Below the pieces are notes generated by a model. It was not told the DNA's origin. It worked only from the letters and a program-made list of their open reading frames with translations, and ran no database searches. From IMG/VR virus record IMGVR_UViG_3300005546_000002, positions 1 to 64,000 of that record: a stretch of 64,000 nt of DNA; one strand, 5' to 3'. Source of the stretch: a virus. Taxonomy: Duplodnaviria > Caudoviricetes. A program made the position numbers and the translations under genes. Positions 49,911 to 58,555 of the stretch are shown piece by piece (within the stretch, counting starts at the first letter, position 1; the number at the start of each line of letters is the position of its first letter).

Positions 49911-50819
49911 TCAAATCTCGGCCTCCTGAGTCACGTTGACGTGACTTTCTAGCGAGTCGATTAGCGCCCGGTTAGCAGCCATCCGTTCTCCGTTCTCTGT
50001 TCGGCATCTTCCTCCGAGTCCGTATAGCCTCATGTTCAACCTCGCCATCTGTACCGCCGTATGATTGATATCGACCCCGTAGAATTCAACCCAGTGGATA
50101 TCTATCAGCCAACGAGGTATCTGACTCGCAGCCGCTAGAAGTAACACGCCGGAGCCGCAACAAGGATCGCAGATTCGGAAAGGTTCGATCTTGTCGCGCA
50201 TCAACGGCCAGATGAAGCGAACGAATTGCGAGAGCGGAGCTTCTTCAAGGTCCGGTACCCCGGCTATCATCCCGAGACTCAGCACCAACGCTTGAAGAAC
50301 CGGATCAGCTTCTATGATAGGCTTCGAACGCCTTGAGAACTCCTGCGCGATATCTCCGAGCGACATCTGAGCCATCATCAAAGCGATAGGCTGCGGGGTA
50401 TAAAACTGGTCCTTATTCCAACGAGAGCCTTCCAGTAGGCTCATATAGATCGCCCCGAGAATATCAGGATAGCTTTCATCGACGGAACAAAGCAGGAGCG
50501 CAAAGGCTTCAGCGAACGACCTATAGCAATGAGAGCTTATCTTGTCCAGTTTCGCCTCGCGCCAGCGCCTCATCGAGTCCTCATCAGAGACGAACTCTTG
50601 ACGTTTGACGAAGCCCGGAAGGTCGTCCAAACAGAGATTACAGACATCAAGCCAGAGCCGAAATACGTCAAGAGTAGAGCGGCTATTATCAGCGCGTTCG
50701 AGCAGCTTTAAGATCGCCCGCGAATAGTCGGTAGGCGGTCCGGCTTTGACCGGCGCTTCAGCCGCCTCAATCTCCGCTATCAGCGCTTTGTTTCTCTTGA
50801 TTGCTTCGCTGTTATCCAT
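49911..50819 (-). CDS. Type I HsdM-like methyltransferase fold lacking the NPPY/F motif
   Basis: DILG..YM, QFYTP, DPCCGSG, YGVDIN...MARLN; ends before any catalytic motif IV. Confidence 0.7.
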   Translation of the reverse strand: MDNSEAIKRNKALIAEIEAAEAPVKAGPPTDYSRAILKLLERADNSRSTLDVFRLWLDVCNLCLDDLPGFVKRQEFVSDEDSMRRWREAKLDKISSHCYRSFAEAFALLLCSVDESYPDILGAIYMSLLEGSRWNKDQFYTPQPIALMMAQMSLGDIAQEFSRRSKPIIEADPVLQALVLSLGMIAGVPDLEEAPLSQFVRFIWPLMRDKIEPFRICDPCCGSGVLLLAAASQIPRWLIDIHWVEFYGVDINHTAVQMARLNMRLYGLGGRCRTENGERMAANRALIDSLESHVNVTQEAEI

Positions 50820-51232
50820 TACCATAGCTCCCGCAATATACGATCCGCCCAGATAACGATAGCCCGCGCTTCTGCGCATTGAGCCTTTGGTGTATCAGCC
50901 CGACATGCTAAGTCCATATTCGCGCTTCTGATCCTCTGAGCCTGATCTTGAATAGCAGAGGTCCGCGAAATATAGTTAGCCGACTTCCGCGACGGAGAGA
51001 GCGGATGACATTCACTGTGGTAGTTCCCCTGCCTGTGAGTAAAATCCATCGAAGCAATCCAGTCCCCAGTAGGCAGTTGAAGAACGTAGATAGCCGCCTT
51101 CGCTTTTCGACTTTCATAGACAAGCCGCTCGACTGCGGGGTGATCATGAGAATAAACGCCATGCTCATTCGGCTCCGGCTCAATCTGAGACAACAGAGCC
51201 TTGTTCCTTGCTATCGCCTCTTTGTTATTCAT
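50819..51232 (-). CDS. Hypothetical protein
   Basis: Coupled to both neighbours; shares an N-terminal leader with the MTase-like proteins. Confidence 0.65.
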   Translation of the reverse strand: MNNKEAIARNKALLSQIEPEPNEHGVYSHDHPAVERLVYESRKAKAAIYVLQLPTGDWIASMDFTHRQGNYHSECHPLSPSRKSANYISRTSAIQDQAQRIRSANMDLACRADTPKAQCAEARAIVIWADRILRELW

Positions 51233-51755
51233 ACATCCTCGCCAAAATGAGCAGTTCTTCGCTGTTCGTAACTAAGAAGATCAAGGTCGGCCTCGGGGTG
51301 ACCACAGTCACAAACGCAATACACGATCTCAGTACAAGCACATTCTTCATGTCCCGGCTTGGTTTGGGAGAACGAAAGAGGACATTCAGAATGTCGATCA
51401 AGATACTCACATTCGATAGAAACCCAATCCTCGCCGTTCGCTCTCTCGTTGCCTGTCATGCCAGAATCCATAGCGTTAATTTCCACAAGACAGCTAGGAA
51501 TACTCCGACCGTCCCGGCGATAACAAGATAGACAAGCACGTACAATCCAAAGCCGAACCACTTCGGCCATTCTACCGCTGACTTCTTAGGTTTATTTTCT
51601 TGCTCCATTTATTTCTCCGCCTAGATTAGCTCATCAAGCATTAAATCGAGCACGCGCCAATATTCCTGCTCACAACCGTCATGAGCACAATGCTCCGACT
51701 TGCAGTTGCATTGCTTGCTGTCCGGGCGCTTTTGATCTTGTTCCATCGTAACCCT

Positions 51756-51885
51756 ATCTTACCTGATTGAATTCTGAATGTCAAGAGTTATTTTCAGGTT
51801 GTAATAAAGCCCGTCACGTTGACGTGACTTTCTTTTCCCTTAGATAGAAAATAACTCTTGACATTCTATTTCTATCGGCTATAAT
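51756..51885. promoter_or_regulatory. Divergent sigma70-type promoter pair with a palindrome between them
   Basis: Leftward TTGACA (51779-51784)-17-TAAGAT; rightward TTGACA (51858-51863)-16-TATAAT; repeat at 51813-51828. Confidence 0.8.
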
Positions 51886-51913
51886 AGAGGATGACGAATG
51901 AAGGGAGAACGAA

Positions 51914-52165
51914 ATGGATCAAAAAAGAGTCAGCCCAAAAGACAGACGATTTGCCGTTATCGCGCTTGGGGTGCAAATAGGCAAGTCGGGGCGTAAGGAT
52001 ACTTCTCTCTGTCTCGAAGAGATTGCAAGCGAAGCGATCGCTACAAAATCAACTTTACTTATTCACAGTGTCCTTACTGCGGTCGGCGAACAGGCATGGA
52101 AAAAATTCGTTAGTGACGTAGAAGAAGTCGCTCAGCGACACCGGAGGCTCGTAGATGCCAAATAA
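51914..52165 (+). CDS. Hypothetical protein
   Basis: SD GGGAG after the promoter. Confidence 0.65.
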   Translation: MDQKRVSPKDRRFAVIALGVQIGKSGRKDTSLCLEEIASEAIATKSTLLIHSVLTAVGEQAWKKFVSDVEEVAQRHRRLVDAK

Positions 52166-53642
52166 TCAAAAACTACCAACCTTTGAAGTAGACAAGCAAG
52201 GGCTCGCCAAGATACTTGAGCGCCGGGGCAAGGCGTTCGTTATCACCGAGCTATGGCAGAACGCGGTTGACGAAGATAACGTTACGCGGATTGTTATAGA
52301 CCTGAAGCGCATCGGTAAATACCATGCACAGCTTTCGGTTGCCGATGATGCCCCATTAGGATTCACGGACCTCAAACATGCTTATACGCTGTTCGCCGAG
52401 TCCTACAAGAAAGGCAACGCGCTCAAGCGCGGTCGATTCGATCTTGGAGAGAAGCTAGTTATCGCGCTCTGCAACTACGCCCATATAATCACAACGAAAG
52501 GAACGGTCGTGTTCGAAAACGGCGGACGCAGACACTCCGCTGTGACGACAGACGGCGGAACCGAATTCGTGGGCAGGCTCCCGATGACCGAAGAGGAATA
52601 CGAGGCTTGCTGTCGGGAGATCAGACGACTGATCGTTCCGATGAACGTCACTACGATCTTCAACGGCGAAGAGCTTACACGGCGCGTCTGCCTCGCGTCC
52701 TTTCCAGCCCGGTTGCTGACCGAGATCGCAGACGAAAGCGGGGTCCTGCGACGAACGCCCAGAGACACGACGGTCGAACTCTATCTACCGCGTCCGAGCG
52801 AGAAGGCGACTATCTACGAGATGGGCGTTCCGATTGTCGAAAGCGGAGATCAGTACCACGTAAACATCCTACAGCGAGTCCCGCTGAATATGGATCGAGA
52901 CAACGTTACGCCGGGCTATCTACGGGACATCCGGGCGCTCGCGCTCAACAACGCCTCAGACTTCATGACAGCCGAAGAGATCAAAGCGCCTTGGGTTGAT
53001 GACGCGCTGGAAGACGACCTGACCGAAACGGAGGCGCTCAAAACCGTGGTCACGAAGCGCTACGGAGAAGACGCCGTAGTCTACGACCTGTCCGACCCCG
53101 AAGCGAACAAGATCGCCGTATCACAAGGCCGACAGGTAATCCACGGCGGATCGTTCAGCCGAACCGCGTGGAGTAAAATCAGAGAAACAGAAGTCGTTAG
53201 ACCAGCCGGGAAGGTAACCCCTAGCGCAAAGGCATGGTCAGGGGAAGGACAGGCAGACGCGGAGCCGTTCACAGACTGGATTCCAGAAGAGAAATGGACG
53301 ACCGGGATGCAGGAGATAGCAAGACTCGGGCGCTATCTCGGTCAAGCTCTGTTCAAGATAGACATCGCGGTTCAGTTCTGTTCGAGCGTCGATATGCTCG
53401 CTTCAGCGGCCTACGGAAACCGCTGTTTGTCGTTCAACAAGCTCCGTCTTGGAGGCGACTGGTTTGAGCAAGACCCGTTAAGCGAACCCGTTCTTGCGCT
53501 GCTGATCCACGAGCTTGCGCACGAACTAAGCCATGACCACCTAAGCAAAGAGTATCATCACGCACTTTGCAGTCTCGGGGCTCGTATTGCGGGCCTCGCC
53601 CTTGATAGACGACTGTTACAAGCCATGAAAGGACACTTATGA
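52155..53642 (+). CDS. GHKL (HATPase_c-like) ATPase with C-terminal HExxH motif
   Basis: ELWQNAVDE (N box), VADD..GF, RGRFDLGEK, GT; LLIHELAH at the C-terminus. Confidence 0.8.
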   Translation: MPNNQKLPTFEVDKQGLAKILERRGKAFVITELWQNAVDEDNVTRIVIDLKRIGKYHAQLSVADDAPLGFTDLKHAYTLFAESYKKGNALKRGRFDLGEKLVIALCNYAHIITTKGTVVFENGGRRHSAVTTDGGTEFVGRLPMTEEEYEACCREIRRLIVPMNVTTIFNGEELTRRVCLASFPARLLTEIADESGVLRRTPRDTTVELYLPRPSEKATIYEMGVPIVESGDQYHVNILQRVPLNMDRDNVTPGYLRDIRALALNNASDFMTAEEIKAPWVDDALEDDLTETEALKTVVTKRYGEDAVVYDLSDPEANKIAVSQGRQVIHGGSFSRTAWSKIRETEVVRPAGKVTPSAKAWSGEGQADAEPFTDWIPEEKWTTGMQEIARLGRYLGQALFKIDIAVQFCSSVDMLASAAYGNRCLSFNKLRLGGDWFEQDPLSEPVLALLIHELAHELSHDHLSKEYHHALCSLGARIAGLALDRRLLQAMKGHL

Positions 53643-53651
53643 GACTCATAA

Positions 53652-53687
53652 AAGAACAGGACGGCTATTGCGGGCCGTCCTGTTCTT
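53652..53687. terminator. Bidirectional terminator between convergent units
   Basis: Perfect 14-bp IR AAGAACAGGACGGC/GCCGTCCTGTTCTT. Confidence 0.85.
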
Positions 53688-53710
53688 CAAAAGTCGCGTT
53701 GACGTGATTC

Positions 53711-54292
53711 TCAGCAAAGCGCCCCGTCGCCTATCTCCCTGTCCTTGATCCCTGCAACGTAGGTCGCCCCGTAGTTTCCGATCTCCCACCGGGCAAGATC
53801 GCCTACTCTGCGAAGCCAGTTTAGTTCGGGAGTAGCGTTCCCTCGACTTACAGCGGCTACGCAGAGCGTTATCGCACCCTCACGACCGGGCTCCATCATC
53901 CCACAAGCAAACTTCTGATAGAACGGGACGTAGAACGGAGCCGGAACCAAAGTAATTCTTATCTGGTCGGGACGTATGCGCAACAGCCCCGGGTACCTCG
54001 TAGTGCAGGGGGGCCAACGAGTATCGTGAATCACATGATACGCCTCATCAAGCCACGTCGCCAGCTTATCAGGGAACTCGTTGTAATACCGAATGAACTC
54101 GCTGCGAACATACTCAGGCACGCCCTCTTCTGTCATCCACCTAAGCGCCCGGTTCAGCCGCTTCTCAATCCGCTTCTGCTTGCGCGGACGTTCGTCAAAT
54201 CCATGCGCCTGATAATGAATCCCGAGCGGCGTCTGTTTCCAGAGCGCCGCTTCATCGGGATCGCCAAACAATGCGAAGATCGGATTGTCCAT
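53711..54292 (-). CDS. Hypothetical protein
   Basis: Last gene of the late operon. Confidence 0.6.
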   Translation of the reverse strand: MDNPIFALFGDPDEAALWKQTPLGIHYQAHGFDERPRKQKRIEKRLNRALRWMTEEGVPEYVRSEFIRYYNEFPDKLATWLDEAYHVIHDTRWPPCTTRYPGLLRIRPDQIRITLVPAPFYVPFYQKFACGMMEPGREGAITLCVAAVSRGNATPELNWLRRVGDLARWEIGNYGATYVAGIKDREIGDGALC

Positions 54293-54293
54293 A

Positions 54294-54767
54294 CTACATT
54301 CCGTGATCGCGCCGCCACTGTTTTAGTTCTTTTCCGCTGAGTCCGGCAGGCGGTTCTTCCGGCTGAGAAGCAGCGGGGGCATCAGCGGACGGCGTACCCT
54401 GTTGACCTGATTCGCTCCCGCCCGGTTCTTGTGATCCGGCGTCCTGAAACTCCGCCTTGCCGCGCTGGTCATCAGAAGCCCGTTTCTGATTCTCTAGAAC
54501 CCGATGGAATCGCTGATCGATCTCATACAGGTTCGTCCCCGCTGGGGCCTCGATATAGAATAGCGCCCCGTCGCGGAAGTTACTCGCCGTCCACGAATCC
54601 CCGTTATCATCTGGCACTTTGACAAACCCCGTTCGCCTTATCCAGACCGGGGCTTCGCTACTCTCTGGACCGGCCTCCAGATAGGAGCCCCGGTCGAAAC
54701 TTCCGTCAGGTTGAACCGGACTCGCCGGTGCTAATATGCACAATCCATTCTGATATGTCCAAAACAT
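54294..54767 (-). CDS. Hypothetical protein
   Basis: SD GAGGAG. Confidence 0.6.
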   Translation of the reverse strand: MFWTYQNGLCILAPASPVQPDGSFDRGSYLEAGPESSEAPVWIRRTGFVKVPDDNGDSWTASNFRDGALFYIEAPAGTNLYEIDQRFHRVLENQKRASDDQRGKAEFQDAGSQEPGGSESGQQGTPSADAPAASQPEEPPAGLSGKELKQWRRDHGM

Positions 54768-54780
54768 AGATTCTCTCCTC

Positions 54781-55284
54781 TCAGTTTTTTAGTGAATACC
54801 CTACCGCTACGCCTATCATCAGCACGAGCGGTACTCCGATGCTCGCGATCTTCTTCCAAAACCCAGCCCGAGCCTGCCAGATCGCAATCTGCTTCTTAGC
54901 GTCATCGAGACTCGCCTGATAGCTCTTCAACTCCTTCTCGGAAATCGTCTCAATCTTATCGCCCGCTGCGTTAGCCGCCTTCAGCGCCGTGATAGTCCGC
55001 TCCTGAGCCGTTATCTGAGCATCCAGCGCCGCAATCAACTCTTTCCCTTGCGCATCGAGCTTTTGCAGAGCCGCTACCTTCGCTGTCAGGTAGTCAAGCT
55101 CTTCGCCTTGTCGCAGGCAATTCTCCAATAGCAGCCGGGTCTGTCGGGCTGTCCTGTCATCTTGGGCAGGGAGGGTACCCGCGAGCAGCGAGCTTGCGGC
55201 ATAACTCTGCGCGAAGCTCAGCATCAGACAAACTACTACCAGCCGCTTCAGCCTCTTGTTTACGCTTTGCATGTTCGGCTTCAA
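54781..55284 (-). CDS. Spanin-like coiled-coil membrane protein
   Basis: Signal-peptide-like N-terminus, coiled coil, C-terminal TM; overlaps the upstream gene by 128 nt. Confidence 0.5.
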   Translation of the reverse strand: MKPNMQSVNKRLKRLVVVCLMLSFAQSYAASSLLAGTLPAQDDRTARQTRLLLENCLRQGEELDYLTAKVAALQKLDAQGKELIAALDAQITAQERTITALKAANAAGDKIETISEKELKSYQASLDDAKKQIAIWQARAGFWKKIASIGVPLVLMIGVAVGYSLKN

Positions 55285-55609
55285 TCCTTTCCAGTTCTTT
55301 AACGGTCTGCGCTTTGTCGCCTCTCTTCGACTCGGCTACCTGTTTGAACGTATCAGCTCTCGCGTTAGCGTCTGCTGCGTCTAGCAAAGCCTTCTGTTTC
55401 TCGCTCTGTAGTTGCTGTTTCTCGGTTTCAAGTTGCGCTCGTTCGGCCTCTCGTTCTGTCTCCCGCTTCTGATACGCCGCGTCCTTGAAGTGATTCACCA
55501 TCCCGATAGTCCCGCCGATCAGTAGGGCGACAATTACCAGAGCGCCGACAGCAACCCCCACCTTGACCAGTATCGAACTCGATCTCCAACCCTCAACGAG
55601 ATTTCGCAT
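55157..55609 (-). CDS. Rz-like (i-spanin-like) protein
   Basis: N-terminal TM plus coiled coil, immediately after the endolysin. Confidence 0.6.
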   Translation of the reverse strand: MRNLVEGWRSSSILVKVGVAVGALVIVALLIGGTIGMVNHFKDAAYQKRETEREAERAQLETEKQQLQSEKQKALLDAADANARADTFKQVAESKRGDKAQTVKELERIEAEHAKRKQEAEAAGSSLSDAELRAELCRKLAARGYPPCPR

Positions 55610-55617
55610 CGTCTCTC

Positions 55618-56547
55618 CTATTTCTTCGCAGCAAATTTTACATCGAGCTTGCTCGGGTCGGACGCAATCTGCGCTTCGATCTGCTTTTCTTTGTGCTGAT
55701 TATGATAGATAAACCACCATGTGATAAATCCTAAGACCAATAACACCGTAGCGAACAGCATCACCGGCCAAGCCTTCTCTAAGAACCCGCCTATTGCTGC
55801 GAAGACTCCGCCGCTTATCCCTCCGGTTGCCAGTTTGTTTCCGACGCTACTCAACCCCGTACTGGCAATCTCTTTGACCTTCTCATTGCCCGTAATGCTA
55901 GTAACCAACGACGAATGCTGTTCCGTTGTAGCGACCGCCTGCGCAACCGGAGCTTCTGGAACCTCGGCTACATCCCCATTAGCGATCATATCGGATTCCA
56001 ACGAGTCAGTAAGCGCCTCTTCGAACTTCTCCGCGTACCCGGCTATCAACGCCGCCTTATCCATCGCGTTGATAATCTTCCTCGCATGAAGATAATCGGC
56101 TTTCCCGTCGCTGATATAATCACCGAGCTTCTTGCCCGTAAACAGCCCTTCGCGCATCCCCATAGACAATACCTGATAAGCGATGTCCGGCTTCATCGCC
56201 ATATCAGGAGAATGCACAAGATCAATCCCCGTCAGGTCAGCAAACTTCTTGTAGTTCTTCTTCCATGTGAGCTGGACAAAGCCCCGGCCATAATATACCT
56301 GCCCCGTCTCCGGGTCCTTCTTACCATAAGCCTTACCCCGACCTCTGCCGTATTCCGCTATCGGCTCGTATGTCCCGGCTGTTTCATGCTTGCAAGTTGC
56401 CAGTGCATAAGCGATCCATCGAAGATCGGTCATCTCGCTATCCGATTCAACTGCGTCCATTAGAGCGGTCAGCGCATCGACCTGTCGCTGAGATAGCTTT
56501 CCGAGTCTCCTTACCCCGTCGAATAGTTTGTCGCGATCAAACTTCAT
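55618..56547 (-). CDS. GH19-type endolysin with C-terminal hydrophobic helices
   Basis: AYALAT..HET, YYGRGFVQLTWKKNY, ARKIIN..D; C-terminal TM segment. Confidence 0.88.
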   Translation of the reverse strand: MKFDRDKLFDGVRRLGKLSQRQVDALTALMDAVESDSEMTDLRWIAYALATCKHETAGTYEPIAEYGRGRGKAYGKKDPETGQVYYGRGFVQLTWKKNYKKFADLTGIDLVHSPDMAMKPDIAYQVLSMGMREGLFTGKKLGDYISDGKADYLHARKIINAMDKAALIAGYAEKFEEALTDSLESDMIANGDVAEVPEAPVAQAVATTEQHSSLVTSITGNEKVKEIASTGLSSVGNKLATGGISGGVFAAIGGFLEKAWPVMLFATVLLVLGFITWWFIYHNQHKEKQIEAQIASDPSKLDVKFAAKK

Positions 56548-56586
56548 TTATTTATTTATTCTCCACAAAAGTCACGTTGACGCGAC

Positions 56587-57207
56587 TTAGGGTTTTATCG
56601 ATCTATAGAGCGTATAGAGCCCCACTAGCGTGAGAAGTATCCAGCTAATCATCTCGCGAGCAGAAAGAGCGCCCTGCTTCTGTCCCGATGTGTTAGACAG
56701 CGCGGCGGCCACGCTCGATTGCTCTCTGCGTAGCGCCTTCAACTCAGATACCATTTCAGCCATCATCGGTGACTCGACCGTTGCTTTGCCCCGGCCCTCA
56801 GACAATGACAGCTCCACTGCCGATAACCGTTTGTTGACCTCTGCCATAGAATTCGCGAGCGATGTTTGTGCCGCCCCTGCTGTCGTTGCCACCTGCGCCC
56901 GAAGCGTCTCCGCTGTAGTCGTCGCTGTCGCCGCGATCTTGTTTACATCTTCGCGGTCTACCCGGCGAATCGAGTCAATGCGCTGTGATTCCTTCTTGCT
57001 GAGCTTCGCTTGCGCGCGCGCAAAATCATCAATTCTACTCGACAGCGCATCGATTTTGGATCCAAAGAACTGTTCTGACGCAAGGCGCAAATCATCTTGG
57101 CGTTTATTCGCGGCCTCTGTAAGGGCGATGACGTTCGCAGTTGGATCGATCACGGGACCGCCCCAAGCGTCTACGCCTTGACCGCTCTGCTTTCTCCGCT
57201 TCGCCAT
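56587..57207 (-). CDS. Coiled-coil protein with C-terminal TM (lysis region)
   Basis: Heptad pattern; terminal WILLTLVGLY. Confidence 0.6.
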   Translation of the reverse strand: MAKRRKQSGQGVDAWGGPVIDPTANVIALTEAANKRQDDLRLASEQFFGSKIDALSSRIDDFARAQAKLSKKESQRIDSIRRVDREDVNKIAATATTTAETLRAQVATTAGAAQTSLANSMAEVNKRLSAVELSLSEGRGKATVESPMMAEMVSELKALRREQSSVAAALSNTSGQKQGALSAREMISWILLTLVGLYTLYRSIKP

Positions 57208-57515
57208 TCACATCGGCTCCTGATTCGTTACAACTTCGTGTCGAGCCACTTTCTGCGCTTGTCGTTCAGTGCGCGCTGGCGCTTGATGCAATCTTCCATC
57301 GCGGCGTCAAGATCAGCACAGATCGCTTCCTGTTCGGCAAGGTGAAATTGACCGTCTTCCTTTATCAACGTGTTACCCTTGAGATGCCCGCCGCCTAGTT
57401 CTATGACTTCCTTGCCTAACTCCGCTGCAACTTCAAAAGCGCTAAGCATAGAGTAGGCGTCGGCATTGAAGTTAGAGTCGTTCAGCCGAATCTTGTTGAT
57501 TACCTGGGGAGACAT

Positions 57516-58061
57516 TTACTCTGTTCCTTTCGGAAGCGGCGGCAGTTTCCAACCTCTATCCGCTAGCTTCTCACGTGTTGTTTGTAGCCAGACTTCATAC
57601 TCTCGTAATCGGAGTTCCAGCTTGTCATGCTCCGTTTGAAGTCTAATCCTGTCCTCTTTTTCCTGAAGCTCGATGCGAGCCACGTCCTTTTGCGTTTGGC
57701 CTAATTCGCCAGCCTTGCCGCCAAGCATCACGCCGGACGATGTAAGAAAATTCGCTCCCGTACCTAGTAGCGTGACCATCGCGAAGATTGCCATAAGCCA
57801 CGTTACACGGCGGTTCGTCGAGCCGTTGCCATTCTCCGCTTTCGGCTGCGTAGCCTGTATTTCTAGCGTCCGAAAGCAGGATGTTTGCGCCAGCGCCAAG
57901 TTGTGAAGTATCTCGCGCGTCGAGAACTCATCTTCGGAAACTTGCTGGGTCTGACGTGCCATGTTGTTTTCGTTACGTTCGTCGCTCGTACAAGGTTCGG
58001 TTACGCTGATAGGTGCGTCACTCAGTCTTCTACTTCCATACGGACTTGCTACCGTCGCCAT
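57516..58061 (-). CDS. Membrane protein, holin/antiholin-like candidate (start may be 57962)
   Basis: Single TM WLMAIFAMVTLLG plus coiled coil, in the lysis region. Confidence 0.45.
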   Translation of the reverse strand: MATVASPYGSRRLSDAPISVTEPCTSDERNENNMARQTQQVSEDEFSTREILHNLALAQTSCFRTLEIQATQPKAENGNGSTNRRVTWLMAIFAMVTLLGTGANFLTSSGVMLGGKAGELGQTQKDVARIELQEKEDRIRLQTEHDKLELRLREYEVWLQTTREKLADRGWKLPPLPKGTE

Positions 58062-58429
58062 TGATCATCCCTGTCTATCCCAGAACTTTAGGTTTTTCCA
58101 GAGGCGCGTGTGAGGGCTTATCACCCTTTCTTCTTTAACGATCCCGCTCGTGCTTACCGGCTCGAATCATAGCAAGAACTTCTTAATAGCTTCTTTCTCT
58201 AGATACTCAGCCCGCGCTTTATCAATCGACTCCTGCGTTGGCGGATAGCCGGGAATGAACGCGCTAGTCTGAACCAACTCGCGTTGCTTCTTTGCGATCT
58301 GCTGCATAGTATCAAGTTTCATCTCTTCACCTTAATCCGCGTAGTTAGTTTTGCAAAGCCTACAATTCATTTACCTTGAATGCTACTATAATCACACTCG
58401 TTGCGCAAGCCTAAAATCGCAGTATTTAC

Positions 58430-58539
58430 CGCCCCTAGAATACCCCGTAATCGCGTTCTAAGGCGTTTTAAGGCACTTTCGGGACTTAGGCCAAGGCTTT
58501 ACCTGCGTGCGGCTCCGAAAGTGCCTAAAATCGCGTTTT
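58430..58539. repeat. Intergenic element of about 105 bp, copy D (inverted)
   Basis: 58453-58476 is the exact reverse complement of 4061-4084. Confidence 0.8.
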
Positions 58540-58555
58540 ATCACGTCAACGTGAC

